Part shown: one piece after another, positions 26,139 to 34,228 of the stretch
How positions within the stretch are numbered: the first letter of the stretch is position 1
How the letters are laid out: the number at the start of each line of letters is the position of its first letter
Assembly: GCA_046045415.1 (NCBI GenBank)
Contig: JBJOLT010000018.1
Location: forward strand, 15,986 to 79,985
Source: Chloroflexota bacterium
GTDB lineage: Bacteria; Chloroflexota; Limnocylindria; Limnocylindrales; CSP1-4
Length of the DNA stretch: 64,000 nucleotides
Direction: 5' to 3'
Notes under the pieces: model-generated
Told to the model about the DNA's origin: nothing
What the model saw: the letters and a program-made list of their open reading frames with translations, nothing else
Databases searched by the model: none
Position numbers and translations under genes: made by a program

Positions 26139-27590
26139 GTGATCCTCCTGCTCGTCGAGGTCGTCGCCGTCAACCGGATCGACGACTACTTCGCGGTCCA
26201 GGAGCAGCAGAACCTCGAGAGCCGGGCCTCGGCGGTCGGGAACATCCTCCGGGTCTTCGTCGAGCGCGAGGCCGGGAGCGACCCCGTCGTCTCGCGGACC
26301 GACCGCGTCGACCCCGACGTCGTCTCGCTCCTCTCGAACGAGGCGTTCGTCGGTGCGCTCGCCCGGATCGGCGGCGCGGACCTCGAGCTCCGGCTCGGGC
26401 GCGAGGCGGTCCGCACCGCGACCGGCGAGCGACGCCTCGTCCCGGGGTCGGCGGGGCCGTGGACCGCGCGCTACGAGGGCGCCCCGCTCGCCGGCCAGAC
26501 CCGCCAGGCGATCTCGCGGACCTTCATCGTCGAGATCGACGCCGCGGACGAGCCGTGGGCGATGGCGATCACGCTCTCGGGTCCCTACTCGTACCGGACG
26601 ACCTCGATCGCCGACCTGACGCTCGTCCTCGCGATCGTCGCCCTCGTCGCACTCGCGCTCGCGTTCCTCCTCGGCGGCCTGATCGCCCGCCGCTCCGCGA
26701 CGTCGCTCCGGCGGCTCACGGAGGCGTCACGCGTCATCGCCGAGGGCGACCTGACGGCGCGCGTCCCCACCGACGAGGGCGAGCCGGTCGAGTTCCGCTC
26801 GCTCTCGCGCCAGTTCAACCGGATGGCCGCGCAGCTCGAGGAGAGCGTGGAGTTCATCCGCCGCGACCGCGACCGGAGCCGGGACTTCCTCGCCGACGTC
26901 TCGCACGAGCTCCGGACGCCGATCGCGGCGCTCCGCACCTTCAACGAGCTCCTCAGGGAGGGGGCCGCCGCGGACCCCGCGACCCGGGACGAGTTCCTCG
27001 AGGCGAGCGCCGGTCAGCTCGAGCGGCTCGACTGGCTCGCGCTCAACCTGCTCGAGCTCTCGAAGCTCGACAGCGGGCTCGTCCTCCTCGACCTCCGGCC
27101 GGACGACCTGCGGACGTCGGTCGAGTCGGCGGTCGAGCAGGCGGAGGCCGTCGCCGCCCGCCGCGGGATCGAGCTGACGATGACGCTCCCCGAGCGGCCC
27201 GTCCGGATCCGCCACGACCCGCAGCGGATCGCCCAGGTGGTCGCCAACCTCGTCTCGAACGGCCTGAAGTTCACGCCACGCGGCGGGAGCGTCCGGGTGG
27301 AGCTCGAGGCGCAGCGCGACGGCGCGCGGATCCGCGTGACGGACACCGGGGTCGGGATCGACGCCGCCGAGCTCCCGCGGATCTTCGAGCGCTTCTACCG
27401 GGGCTCGCGCGCGAACGAGGCGCGCGGCAGCGGGAGCGGCCTCGGCCTCGCGATCGCCCGCTCGATCGTGGAGATGCACGAGGGAAGGATCGCCGTCGCG
27501 AGCCAGCTGGGCGAGGGGGCCACCTTCACGGTCTTCCTCCCGAAGGATCCCCGCGCCGTCTCGGAGGCGCGCCGCGAGGGGGGTGCCTGA
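26139..27590 (+). CDS. Sensor histidine kinase (MprB/CseC-like); true start probably upstream of the first canonical start
   Basis: HAMP, HisKA H-box HELRTPIAALRTF, N, G1 (DTGVGI) and G2 (GSGLGLAI) boxes. The first GTG at 26139 lies inside predicted TM1 (LTVAFVLLVAVILLLVEVVAV continues in frame upstream). N-terminus likely mis-placed. Confidence 0.85.
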   Translation: MILLLVEVVAVNRIDDYFAVQEQQNLESRASAVGNILRVFVEREAGSDPVVSRTDRVDPDVVSLLSNEAFVGALARIGGADLELRLGREAVRTATGERRLVPGSAGPWTARYEGAPLAGQTRQAISRTFIVEIDAADEPWAMAITLSGPYSYRTTSIADLTLVLAIVALVALALAFLLGGLIARRSATSLRRLTEASRVIAEGDLTARVPTDEGEPVEFRSLSRQFNRMAAQLEESVEFIRRDRDRSRDFLADVSHELRTPIAALRTFNELLREGAAADPATRDEFLEASAGQLERLDWLALNLLELSKLDSGLVLLDLRPDDLRTSVESAVEQAEAVAARRGIELTMTLPERPVRIRHDPQRIAQVVANLVSNGLKFTPRGGSVRVELEAQRDGARIRVTDTGVGIDAAELPRIFERFYRGSRANEARGSGSGLGLAIARSIVEMHEGRIAVASQLGEGATFTVFLPKDPRAVSEARREGGA

Positions 27591-27745
27591 CGGTCCCCGG
27601 GCCCGCGTCGTCGACGGTGGCGCCGGCGGCAGCGACGCGTCGGTGGCGAATCCTTCACCTCCCTCCCGCTCGCCCCTGAATCGGCGCGGCGGGATACTCT
27701 CCTCGTCCCGGCGGCCCCGGCCGCCCCGAACCCCTGATCAGCCCG

Positions 27746-29077
27746 ATGAACGGTGACCGCATGAACGACGAGCAGGAGCGACGAGACGAGTGGGGCCCCG
27801 CCGACGGGGGCTTCTCCCCGCCGCCCGCCGCCCCGCCGAGCTGGGTCCGTCCGACCCCCGACGAGCGGGTCGGACCGACCCCGGAGTCGTGGTTCGAGCC
27901 CGCTCCCGCGCCGGTCGCCGCCGTCGCCACGCGGCGCGGGCCGTCCGCCGGCGTCCTCGTCGTCACCGCCGCGCTCCTCTCCGCGATCCTCGCCTCCTCG
28001 GGCACGTACCTCGCGCTCAGCGCGAGCGGCGCGCTCGACCGCGCGCCGGCCCCGACCGGCTCGACCGCGCTCGGCTCCACCTCGACGACCTCGGCGCCGC
28101 TCGCTCCGGTCGCGGACGGGACGGTGGTCGCGGTCGCCCGGAGCGCGAGCCCCGCGGTCGTCACGATCGTCACCGACGGCGGGGAGGCGAGTGCGCTCGA
28201 CCCCTTCGAGATCCCCGACTCGGGCGTCGGGTCGGGCGTCATCTACGACCCGCGCGGCTGGATCCTCACGAACCGCCACGTCGTCGACGGGAACGGGACG
28301 CTCACCGTCCGGCTCGCCGACGGCCGCCGCTTCGACGGCGAGGTCTACGGGATCGACACGCTCACCGACCTCGCGATCGTCAAGGTCGAGGCGACGGGCC
28401 TCCCGACGGCGCGGATCGGCGACTCCTCGTCGATCCAGGTCGGCCAGGTCGCCGTCGCGATCGGGAGCCCGCTCGGGACCTACACGGGCTCCGTGACGGC
28501 GGGGATCGTCTCGGCGCTCGGGCGGAGCATCACCGTCTCGAACGGCACGATCAACAACCTCATCCAGACCGACACGGCGATCAACCCCGGGAACAGCGGC
28601 GGCCCGCTCCTCGACGCGACCGGTGCGGTCATCGGCGTCAACACCGCGATCGCCCAGGGCGGCGAGGGGATCGGCTTCGCGATCCCGATCAACATCGCGC
28701 GGCCGATCATGGAGCAGGCGCTCGCCGGCGAGAAGCTCGCCCGGCCGTGGATCGGGATCCGCTACCAGATGATCACGCTGGAGCTCCAGGCCGAGGAGAA
28801 CCTCCCGGTCGAGAGCGGGGCGTGGATCGCCGGCGGTCGCGGCGCGAACGGGGCGGCCCAGGACGCGATCGTCGACGGGAGCCCCGCCGAGCGCGCCGGC
28901 CTCCGGGAGGGGGACATCATCGTGAGCGTCGACGGGACCCCGATCGATGCCGCGCACCCGCTCGACGCGATCCTCACGCAGTTCGCCCCCGGCCGGACCG
29001 TGACGCTCGAGGTGCTTCGCGACGGCGTCATGGAGACGATCGAGCTGACGCTCGGGACGCGGCCCGCGAACCTGTAG
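27746..29077 (+). CDS. HtrA/DegP-family trypsin-like serine protease with C-terminal PDZ domain (PepD-like)
   Basis: N-terminal TM anchor, catalytic triad context (TNRHVV, DLAIVKV, GNSGGPL) and a PDZ domain (GAWIAG...GLREGDIIVSVDG). Confidence 0.9.
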   Translation: MNGDRMNDEQERRDEWGPADGGFSPPPAAPPSWVRPTPDERVGPTPESWFEPAPAPVAAVATRRGPSAGVLVVTAALLSAILASSGTYLALSASGALDRAPAPTGSTALGSTSTTSAPLAPVADGTVVAVARSASPAVVTIVTDGGEASALDPFEIPDSGVGSGVIYDPRGWILTNRHVVDGNGTLTVRLADGRRFDGEVYGIDTLTDLAIVKVEATGLPTARIGDSSSIQVGQVAVAIGSPLGTYTGSVTAGIVSALGRSITVSNGTINNLIQTDTAINPGNSGGPLLDATGAVIGVNTAIAQGGEGIGFAIPINIARPIMEQALAGEKLARPWIGIRYQMITLELQAEENLPVESGAWIAGGRGANGAAQDAIVDGSPAERAGLREGDIIVSVDGTPIDAAHPLDAILTQFAPGRTVTLEVLRDGVMETIELTLGTRPANL

Positions 29078-29087
29078 GCCCGGCGGG

Positions 29088-29456
29088 CTACGCCGGACGC
29101 CGCTCGCGGACGATCTCGACGCCGGCCCACTCGAACCGGCCCGGGAGCGGCGCCTTCGGCTTCCTGACCCGGACGACGACGCGGTCCGCCGGGTGCTCGA
29201 TGAGGAGCTCGTGGGCGATCGCCTCGGCGAGCGCCTCGATGAGCCGGTAGCTCGTCGACTCGACGATCCGCCGGACCTCCTCGAAGACCCGGCCGTAGTC
29301 GATCGTCCGCGTCAGGTCGTCGGCGACCCCGGCGGGCTGGAGGTCGACATGGAGCTCGACGTCGATCTCGAACGGCTGGGCGTCCCGCTGCTCCTCGGGC
29401 AGGACGCCGTGCCGGCCGAGGAAGGTCATCGCGCGGATCTCGATCCGGTCGCTCAT
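29088..29456 (-). CDS. folB: Dihydroneopterin aldolase
   Basis: MSDRIEIRAMTFLGRHGVLPEEQ...FEIDVEL... is typical FolB. ATG at 29456 overlaps the folP stop (ATGA). Confidence 0.85.
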   Translation of the reverse strand: MSDRIEIRAMTFLGRHGVLPEEQRDAQPFEIDVELHVDLQPAGVADDLTRTIDYGRVFEEVRRIVESTSYRLIEALAEAIAHELLIEHPADRVVVRVRKPKAPLPGRFEWAGVEIVRERRPA

Positions 29457-30337
29457 CCCGCCCATCCCCTCACGATCGCGTCCGCGACGCGCGCCGCCCG
29501 TGCGTTCGCGCGGACGTCATGGACCCGGACGATATCCGCTCCGGCGGCGATCCCGAGCGCCGTCGTCGCGAGCGTCCCTTCGAGCCGCTCCCCGGGGGGC
29601 AGGTCGAGGATCCGGCCGATCGTCGACTTCCTCGACGTGCCGAGGAGGATCGGCCGCCCGAGCGCCGTCAGCGCGTCGAGGTCCCGGAGGAGCACGACGT
29701 TCTGCTCGGCCGTCTTGCCGAAGCCGATCCCCGGGTCGACGAGGAGGTCGCTCTCCCGCGCCCCGGCGGCGAGCGCCCGCTCGATCGCGGCGGCGAGGTC
29801 GGCGACGACCTCGGCGACGAGGTCCCGGTAGACCGGCTCGGCGCGGTTGTGCATGAGGACGATCGGGACGCCGCGGCCGGCCGCGAGCGGCGCGAGCGAC
29901 CCGGCCCCGACGCCCCAGACGTCGTTGACGAGCGAGGCGCCCGCGTCGAGCGCCGCCTCGGCGACGGCCGGCTTCGTCGTGTCGATGCTCAGCGGGACCT
30001 CGGGGAGCCGCTCGCGGAGCGCGGCGACGACCGGGACGACCCGCGCGAGCTCCATCGCCTCGGAGACGGGGGCGTGGCCGGGCCGCGTCGACTCCCCGCC
30101 GACGTCGAGGAGGTCAGCCCCCTCCTCGACCATCCGGAGCGCCCGCTCGACCGCTGCGTCGACCGCGGCGTCGACCGCGGACCCGGTCGCTGGGCCGGCC
30201 GAGCCCGAGAGGAGCCCGTCGCCCGAGAACGAGTCCGGGGTCACGTTCAGGATCCCCATCACGTAGGTCCGCTCGCCCCAGCGGAAGGTCCGCGGGCCGA
30301 TCCTCGTCTCGCCCCCGGCGCGGGTCGTCGCGCTCAT
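29453..30337 (-). CDS. folP: Dihydropteroate synthase
   Basis: GILNVTPDSFSDGG, VGGESTRPG, SIDT, NDV and HNRAE motifs. Start overlaps the folC stop (ATGA). Confidence 0.9.
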   Translation of the reverse strand: MSATTRAGGETRIGPRTFRWGERTYVMGILNVTPDSFSGDGLLSGSAGPATGSAVDAAVDAAVERALRMVEEGADLLDVGGESTRPGHAPVSEAMELARVVPVVAALRERLPEVPLSIDTTKPAVAEAALDAGASLVNDVWGVGAGSLAPLAAGRGVPIVLMHNRAEPVYRDLVAEVVADLAAAIERALAAGARESDLLVDPGIGFGKTAEQNVVLLRDLDALTALGRPILLGTSRKSTIGRILDLPPGERLEGTLATTALGIAAGADIVRVHDVRANARAARVADAIVRGWAG

Positions 30338-31707
30338 GCGGCCGCTTCGGCGGGATCGCGGAGGAGCGGGTCGTCGACGAGCCGTCCCCGCACGAAGCCG
30401 ACGAGATAGAGCGAGCCGGCGACGACGATCGGGCCGGGTGCGTCGCGGAGGACCGCCTCGAGCGCCGCATCCGGGTCGGCGATCGCGCGGGCCGTCAGGC
30501 CCGTCGCCCGCCAGCGGGCCGCGAGCTCGTCGGCCGGGAGGGAGCGGGGGAGGCCGAGATCGGTGGCGACGACGGTCGCCCCACGGAGCGCGCCCGAGCG
30601 CGCGAGTCCCTCGACGACCCCGGCCGCGTCCTTGTCGGCCATCATCGCCGTGAGGAGCGTGAGCGGCCTGTCCGAGGGGAACAGGTGCGGCCGGAGGTCC
30701 TCGAGCGCGAGGGCGAGCACGGCGGCGCCGGCCGGGTTATGGGCGCCGTCGAGGAGGAGGTCGCGACCCGCACCCCCACCGGCAGCACCCGGCGCGAGCA
30801 GCTCGAGCCTCCCGGGCCACCGCGCCGCTTCGTAGCCGCGCCGTCGCGCCTCGACGGGGATCGTCGCGATCCCGGCCGCCTCGAGCCCGTCGAGGAGCGC
30901 GTCCGCGACGGCGACGTTCGCGGCCTGGTGGCGGCCGCGGAGCCCGACCCGGACCGGCGCCGGGCCGAGCCGGGGGAGCTCGACGAGGATCCCGTCGCGG
31001 TCCCACCCCACGAGGCGGGCCGGTGTCGCCTCCACGAGCGGCACGCCGATCCGCCGGGCGCGGCGGCGGACCACGTCGAGCGCCGCCCCCGTCGCGCCGG
31101 TCACCGCCCGGTCGCCGCGGACGATGATCGCCGCCTTCTCGCGGGCGATCGCCTCCACCGTCGGGCCGAGCCGGTCCATGTGGTCGAGGTCGACGTTCGT
31201 CACGACGGCGACGCCGCCGTCCCATGCGTGCGTCGCGTCGAGCCGGCCCCCGAGGCCGACCTCGACGAGCGCGACGGCGGGCCGCTGCTCCGCGAACCAG
31301 CGGAAGACGATGGCGGTGAGGATCTCGAACTCGGTCGGGTCCCCGTGGCGCCGGGCGACCCGGTCGGCGACGGGGAGGACCTCGGCGACGAGGCGCGCGA
31401 AGTCCCCGGGGGAGATCGGCCGTCCATCGACCTGGAGCCGCTCCCGGTAGGAGACGAGGTGCGGCTTCGGCGTCTCGCCGACCCTGATCCCGGCTGCCCG
31501 GACGGCGCTCGCGGCGAGCGCGAGGACGCTCCCCTTCCCGTTCGTCCCGGCGACGAGCGCGCCGCGGAGGTCCCGCTCCGGGTTCCCGAGCGCCCGGAGG
31601 ATCGCCCGGGTCCGGCCGAGGCCGAGGTGGATCCCGAAGCGGCCGCGCTCGCCGAGCGCCCGGACCGCCGCGTGGTAGTCGAGCGCGACGGCGTCGCCCC
31701 CGTTCAT
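30334..31707 (-). CDS. folC: Dihydrofolate synthase / folylpolyglutamate synthase
   Basis: Mur-ligase family P-loop AGTNGKGS and FolC-type DGAHNP motif. ATG at 31707 overlaps the stop of the upstream small ORF (ATGA); the alternative start is 31740. Confidence 0.88.
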   Translation of the reverse strand: MNGGDAVALDYHAAVRALGERGRFGIHLGLGRTRAILRALGNPERDLRGALVAGTNGKGSVLALAASAVRAAGIRVGETPKPHLVSYRERLQVDGRPISPGDFARLVAEVLPVADRVARRHGDPTEFEILTAIVFRWFAEQRPAVALVEVGLGGRLDATHAWDGGVAVVTNVDLDHMDRLGPTVEAIAREKAAIIVRGDRAVTGATGAALDVVRRRARRIGVPLVEATPARLVGWDRDGILVELPRLGPAPVRVGLRGRHQAANVAVADALLDGLEAAGIATIPVEARRRGYEAARWPGRLELLAPGAAGGGAGRDLLLDGAHNPAGAAVLALALEDLRPHLFPSDRPLTLLTAMMADKDAAGVVEGLARSGALRGATVVATDLGLPRSLPADELAARWRATGLTARAIADPDAALEAVLRDAPGPIVVAGSLYLVGFVRGRLVDDPLLRDPAEAAA

Positions 31708-32060
31708 GAGGTCTCGAGCCCGTCCTCGTAGAAGACGCACTGGTTGAAGCGAGGCGTCATGCAGACGTCGCCGACGTAGCCGCTATCGAGGTGGACGCCG
31801 CCACGGAGCTGGCAGCGGGAGACGTTCCGCTCCTGGCGGAGGAGCGCCTTCAGGAGGTGCGGCGCCTGGATCGGGACGGCACCCCGCGGGCCGGTGACGT
31901 AGAAGTGGGGGCAGACGTTCCGCCGGAGGTTGGGGATCGTCGCCACCCGGCTCGCGATCGCGGGCGGGTAGGCCACGCGGGTCGGGACCGGGGCTCCGGT
32001 CCCCCGGAGCGGGATGAAGCCGGTCGCCCGGCTCGCGATCGACCCGGGGACCGGCGCCAT
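31704..32060 (-). CDS. Hypothetical small protein, Cys-containing C-terminal domain (start uncertain)
   Basis: Only the last ~70 aa of tracked ORF 31704..33935 look protein-like (…NVCPHFYVTGPRG…RCQLRGGVHLDSGYVGDVCMTPRFNQCVFYEDGLETS). Local GC is lower, and its stop overlaps the folC start (ATGA). Upstream of the ATG at 32060 the frame is antisense to an Ig-like gene. Confidence 0.35.
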   Translation of the reverse strand: MAPVPGSIASRATGFIPLRGTGAPVPTRVAYPPAIASRVATIPNLRRNVCPHFYVTGPRGAVPIQAPHLLKALLRQERNVSRCQLRGGVHLDSGYVGDVCMTPRFNQCVFYEDGLETS

Positions 32061-32423
32061 CGCCGGAACCGGCGGGACGGGCCGGCCGCGGAGCGCGGCG
32101 GGCGGGGCGCCTGCGGCGGGTCGAGCGGAGGACGAGTCGGTGCCGGCCCCGCGTCCACTCCCGGTCCCGCGAGGGGGAAGCGGTCCAGGGGTCCGGGCCC
32201 GGCCGGCCGGCGGCGGACCTGACGGCCGGGGAGCGGCCCCCGTCCCGCCCGGCGGACGGGAGGGGATGTGCCGGATCGCGGGCCGGGTGACGGGTCGGAC
32301 GGTCGTCCGGCGCGGCCCCTCGCGTTCCTCCACCTGCACCTCGGCTGCGGTCCCTCGTCGGGGGCAGCGTACAACGGGAGCGCCGGCGAGGGTCCGACGA
32401 CGCGGCGTGGGAGAATGCCCGCG

Positions 32424-33629
32424 ATGCCGCGCGATCGCCAGCCGAACCGATCCTCCGGCCGCGGTGGGTACGGCGGCCGCTCCTCCACCCCGCCGCTCCC
32501 GCGCCGCCGGATCGAGCCGCGCACGGCCGGTCGCGAGCGGATCGCCGGCCGCGGCGTCCGCCGCTCGAGCGGGCTCCCGCTCCCGACCCGGCTCCTCCTC
32601 GTCGCCTCGATCGTCCTCCTCGGCGCCGGTGCCGTCGGCGTCGCGGCGGGTGGGCTGAGCGACGTGCTCGCGGGGCTGGGCCGGACCGTCGGGTCGACCC
32701 TCGACCTCGCCGACTCGACCGCGACCCCGAGCCCGGCACCGAGCGGCCCGCTCGGCATCCCGATGCTGACGGCGCCCCCCGAGGCGTACACGAACGATCC
32801 CGAGGTCGACGTCTCGGGGCAGCTCCCCGCGGCGGCCGTCGGCCAGGCCGGCTACCGGATCCGCCTCTATCTCGCCGGGACCGACGGGACGTCGACGCTC
32901 GTCGGCGAGATCGGCGTCCCCACGACCGCCTTCTTCACGATCCCCGCGGTGCCGCTCGCCAAGGGAGCGAACGAATTCAGCGCCACGGTCGTCGACGCCG
33001 CCGGGAACGAGGGCGAGCCGTCGGTCCCGGTGCGGTACGTCCTCGACACCTCGGTCCCGAAGATCCAGCTCTCGAGCCCCGAGCCGGACGCGCTCGTCGC
33101 CGGCGAGACGATCGAGCTGCTCGGCAAGACGCAGAGTCGGAGCAGGATCGTCGCCGCGAACGCCGCGAACGGGTCGACGGCGTCCGCCACGGCCGCGGGC
33201 GACGGGACCTTCCGGATCGCCCTGCCCATCGAGCCCGGCCGGAACGTGATCACGCTCGTCCCCACCGACCCCGCCGGGAACGCCGGCACCTTCGAGATCG
33301 CGGTGATCCGCGGCGGCGAGGGGATCGCCGCGACGCTCCGCGCCTCGGTCTACCGCTTCGTCGCGGCCGAGCTCCCGAAGGCGCTGACGCTCACCGCCTC
33401 CGCCACCGATCCGACCGGGGCGCCGCTCGTCGGCGCGACCGTCACCTTCTCCGTGAGCATCCCCGGTCTCCCGGTGATCACCGGCGAGCTCCTCACCGAC
33501 GACGCCGGCCTCGCGGTCTTCCAGACGACCGTCCCGCTCGGGGCGACCCCCGGGTCGGGCCCCGCGAGCGTCTTCATCTCGAGTCCGTACGGGACGGCGT
33601 CGGCGCAGACCGTCATCACGATCGAGTAG
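32424..33629 (+). CDS. Membrane-anchored/secreted protein with tandem Ig-like (BIG-type) beta domains
   Basis: Arg-rich cytoplasmic N-terminus, one TM (LLLVASIVLLGAGAVGVAAGG), then repeated beta-rich modules (VPVRYVLDTSVPKIQLSSPEP...; FRIALPIEPGRNVITLVPTDPAGNAGT...; ATVTFSVSIPGLP...). ATG at 32424 with GGGAGA at 9 nt. Confidence 0.55.
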   Translation: MPRDRQPNRSSGRGGYGGRSSTPPLPRRRIEPRTAGRERIAGRGVRRSSGLPLPTRLLLVASIVLLGAGAVGVAAGGLSDVLAGLGRTVGSTLDLADSTATPSPAPSGPLGIPMLTAPPEAYTNDPEVDVSGQLPAAAVGQAGYRIRLYLAGTDGTSTLVGEIGVPTTAFFTIPAVPLAKGANEFSATVVDAAGNEGEPSVPVRYVLDTSVPKIQLSSPEPDALVAGETIELLGKTQSRSRIVAANAANGSTASATAAGDGTFRIALPIEPGRNVITLVPTDPAGNAGTFEIAVIRGGEGIAATLRASVYRFVAAELPKALTLTASATDPTGAPLVGATVTFSVSIPGLPVITGELLTDDAGLAVFQTTVPLGATPGSGPASVFISSPYGTASAQTVITIE

Positions 33630-33715
33630 CGCCGCCCACGGGGCGCGCGGGACCGGGACGAGCTGCCGTCGTGGTGCCGGATGACACCGGCCCCGCTCGC
33701 AGCTACCATCCGGGT

Positions 33716-34201
33716 ATGCCGCTCTGGCGCTGTCCGCACTGCGGGACCCCCCAGGCCGAGGCCGCCCGCTGCTGGGTCTGCCGACGGTCGAGCACGACGT
33801 GCGGCACCTGCCGGAACTACCGTCACGCGATCGCCGGCAACTTCGGCTTCTGCGGCCTCGATCGATCCCGCTCCCCGCTCCTCGGCGACGAGGTGAAGGG
33901 CTGCTGGGAGGCGGCGCTCCCGCCCGTGCAGGCACCCCTCCTGCCGGGGCCAGCGCCGGTCGCGACCGGGGCGGCGCGGAGCTGGACCGAGGTGGCGGCC
34001 CCGTCCCCGGCGGCGGCCCCCGCCGGCCCGGCGGTCGCCGTCGCGACGCCCCCTGGTTCGAACGGACGTTCCGATGCCGCGACGCGCCCGGCCGCGCGTC
34101 GGACCCGGGCTCGCGGCGCCTTCAGGTCGTCGGAGCGCGCCGCGGCCCGGCGGCTCCTCGACGGCCCGCCGGTCGGGCTCTGGGGCGAGATCGAGTCGTA
34201 G
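33716..34201 (+). CDS. Hypothetical zinc-ribbon protein
   Basis: MPLWRCPHCGTPQAEAARCWVCRRSSTTCGTCRNYRHAIAGNFGFCGL has three CxxC pairs. The C-terminal half is Ala/Pro-rich. Could be spurious. Confidence 0.4.
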   Translation: MPLWRCPHCGTPQAEAARCWVCRRSSTTCGTCRNYRHAIAGNFGFCGLDRSRSPLLGDEVKGCWEAALPPVQAPLLPGPAPVATGAARSWTEVAAPSPAAAPAGPAVAVATPPGSNGRSDAATRPAARRTRARGAFRSSERAAARRLLDGPPVGLWGEIES

Positions 34202-34228
34202 GCCGGTCCGGCCGGGCGACCCCGCCGA

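Noticed and set aside
26078-27679. Frame-2 ORF beginning MAHPTLLPG as the histidine kinase gene
   Set aside because: Its product is Arg/Pro-rich and lacks kinase motifs. All HK motifs are in the 26139..27590 frame, so 26078 could only matter if a frameshift or sequencing error joins the frames.
31704-33935. 743-aa minus-strand ORF upstream of folC
   Set aside because: Except for its last ~118 codons, it is Pro/Arg/Gly-rich and antisense to a plus-strand Ig-like protein gene with genuine beta-domain sequence. Only the C-terminal segment is retained as a low-confidence small gene.
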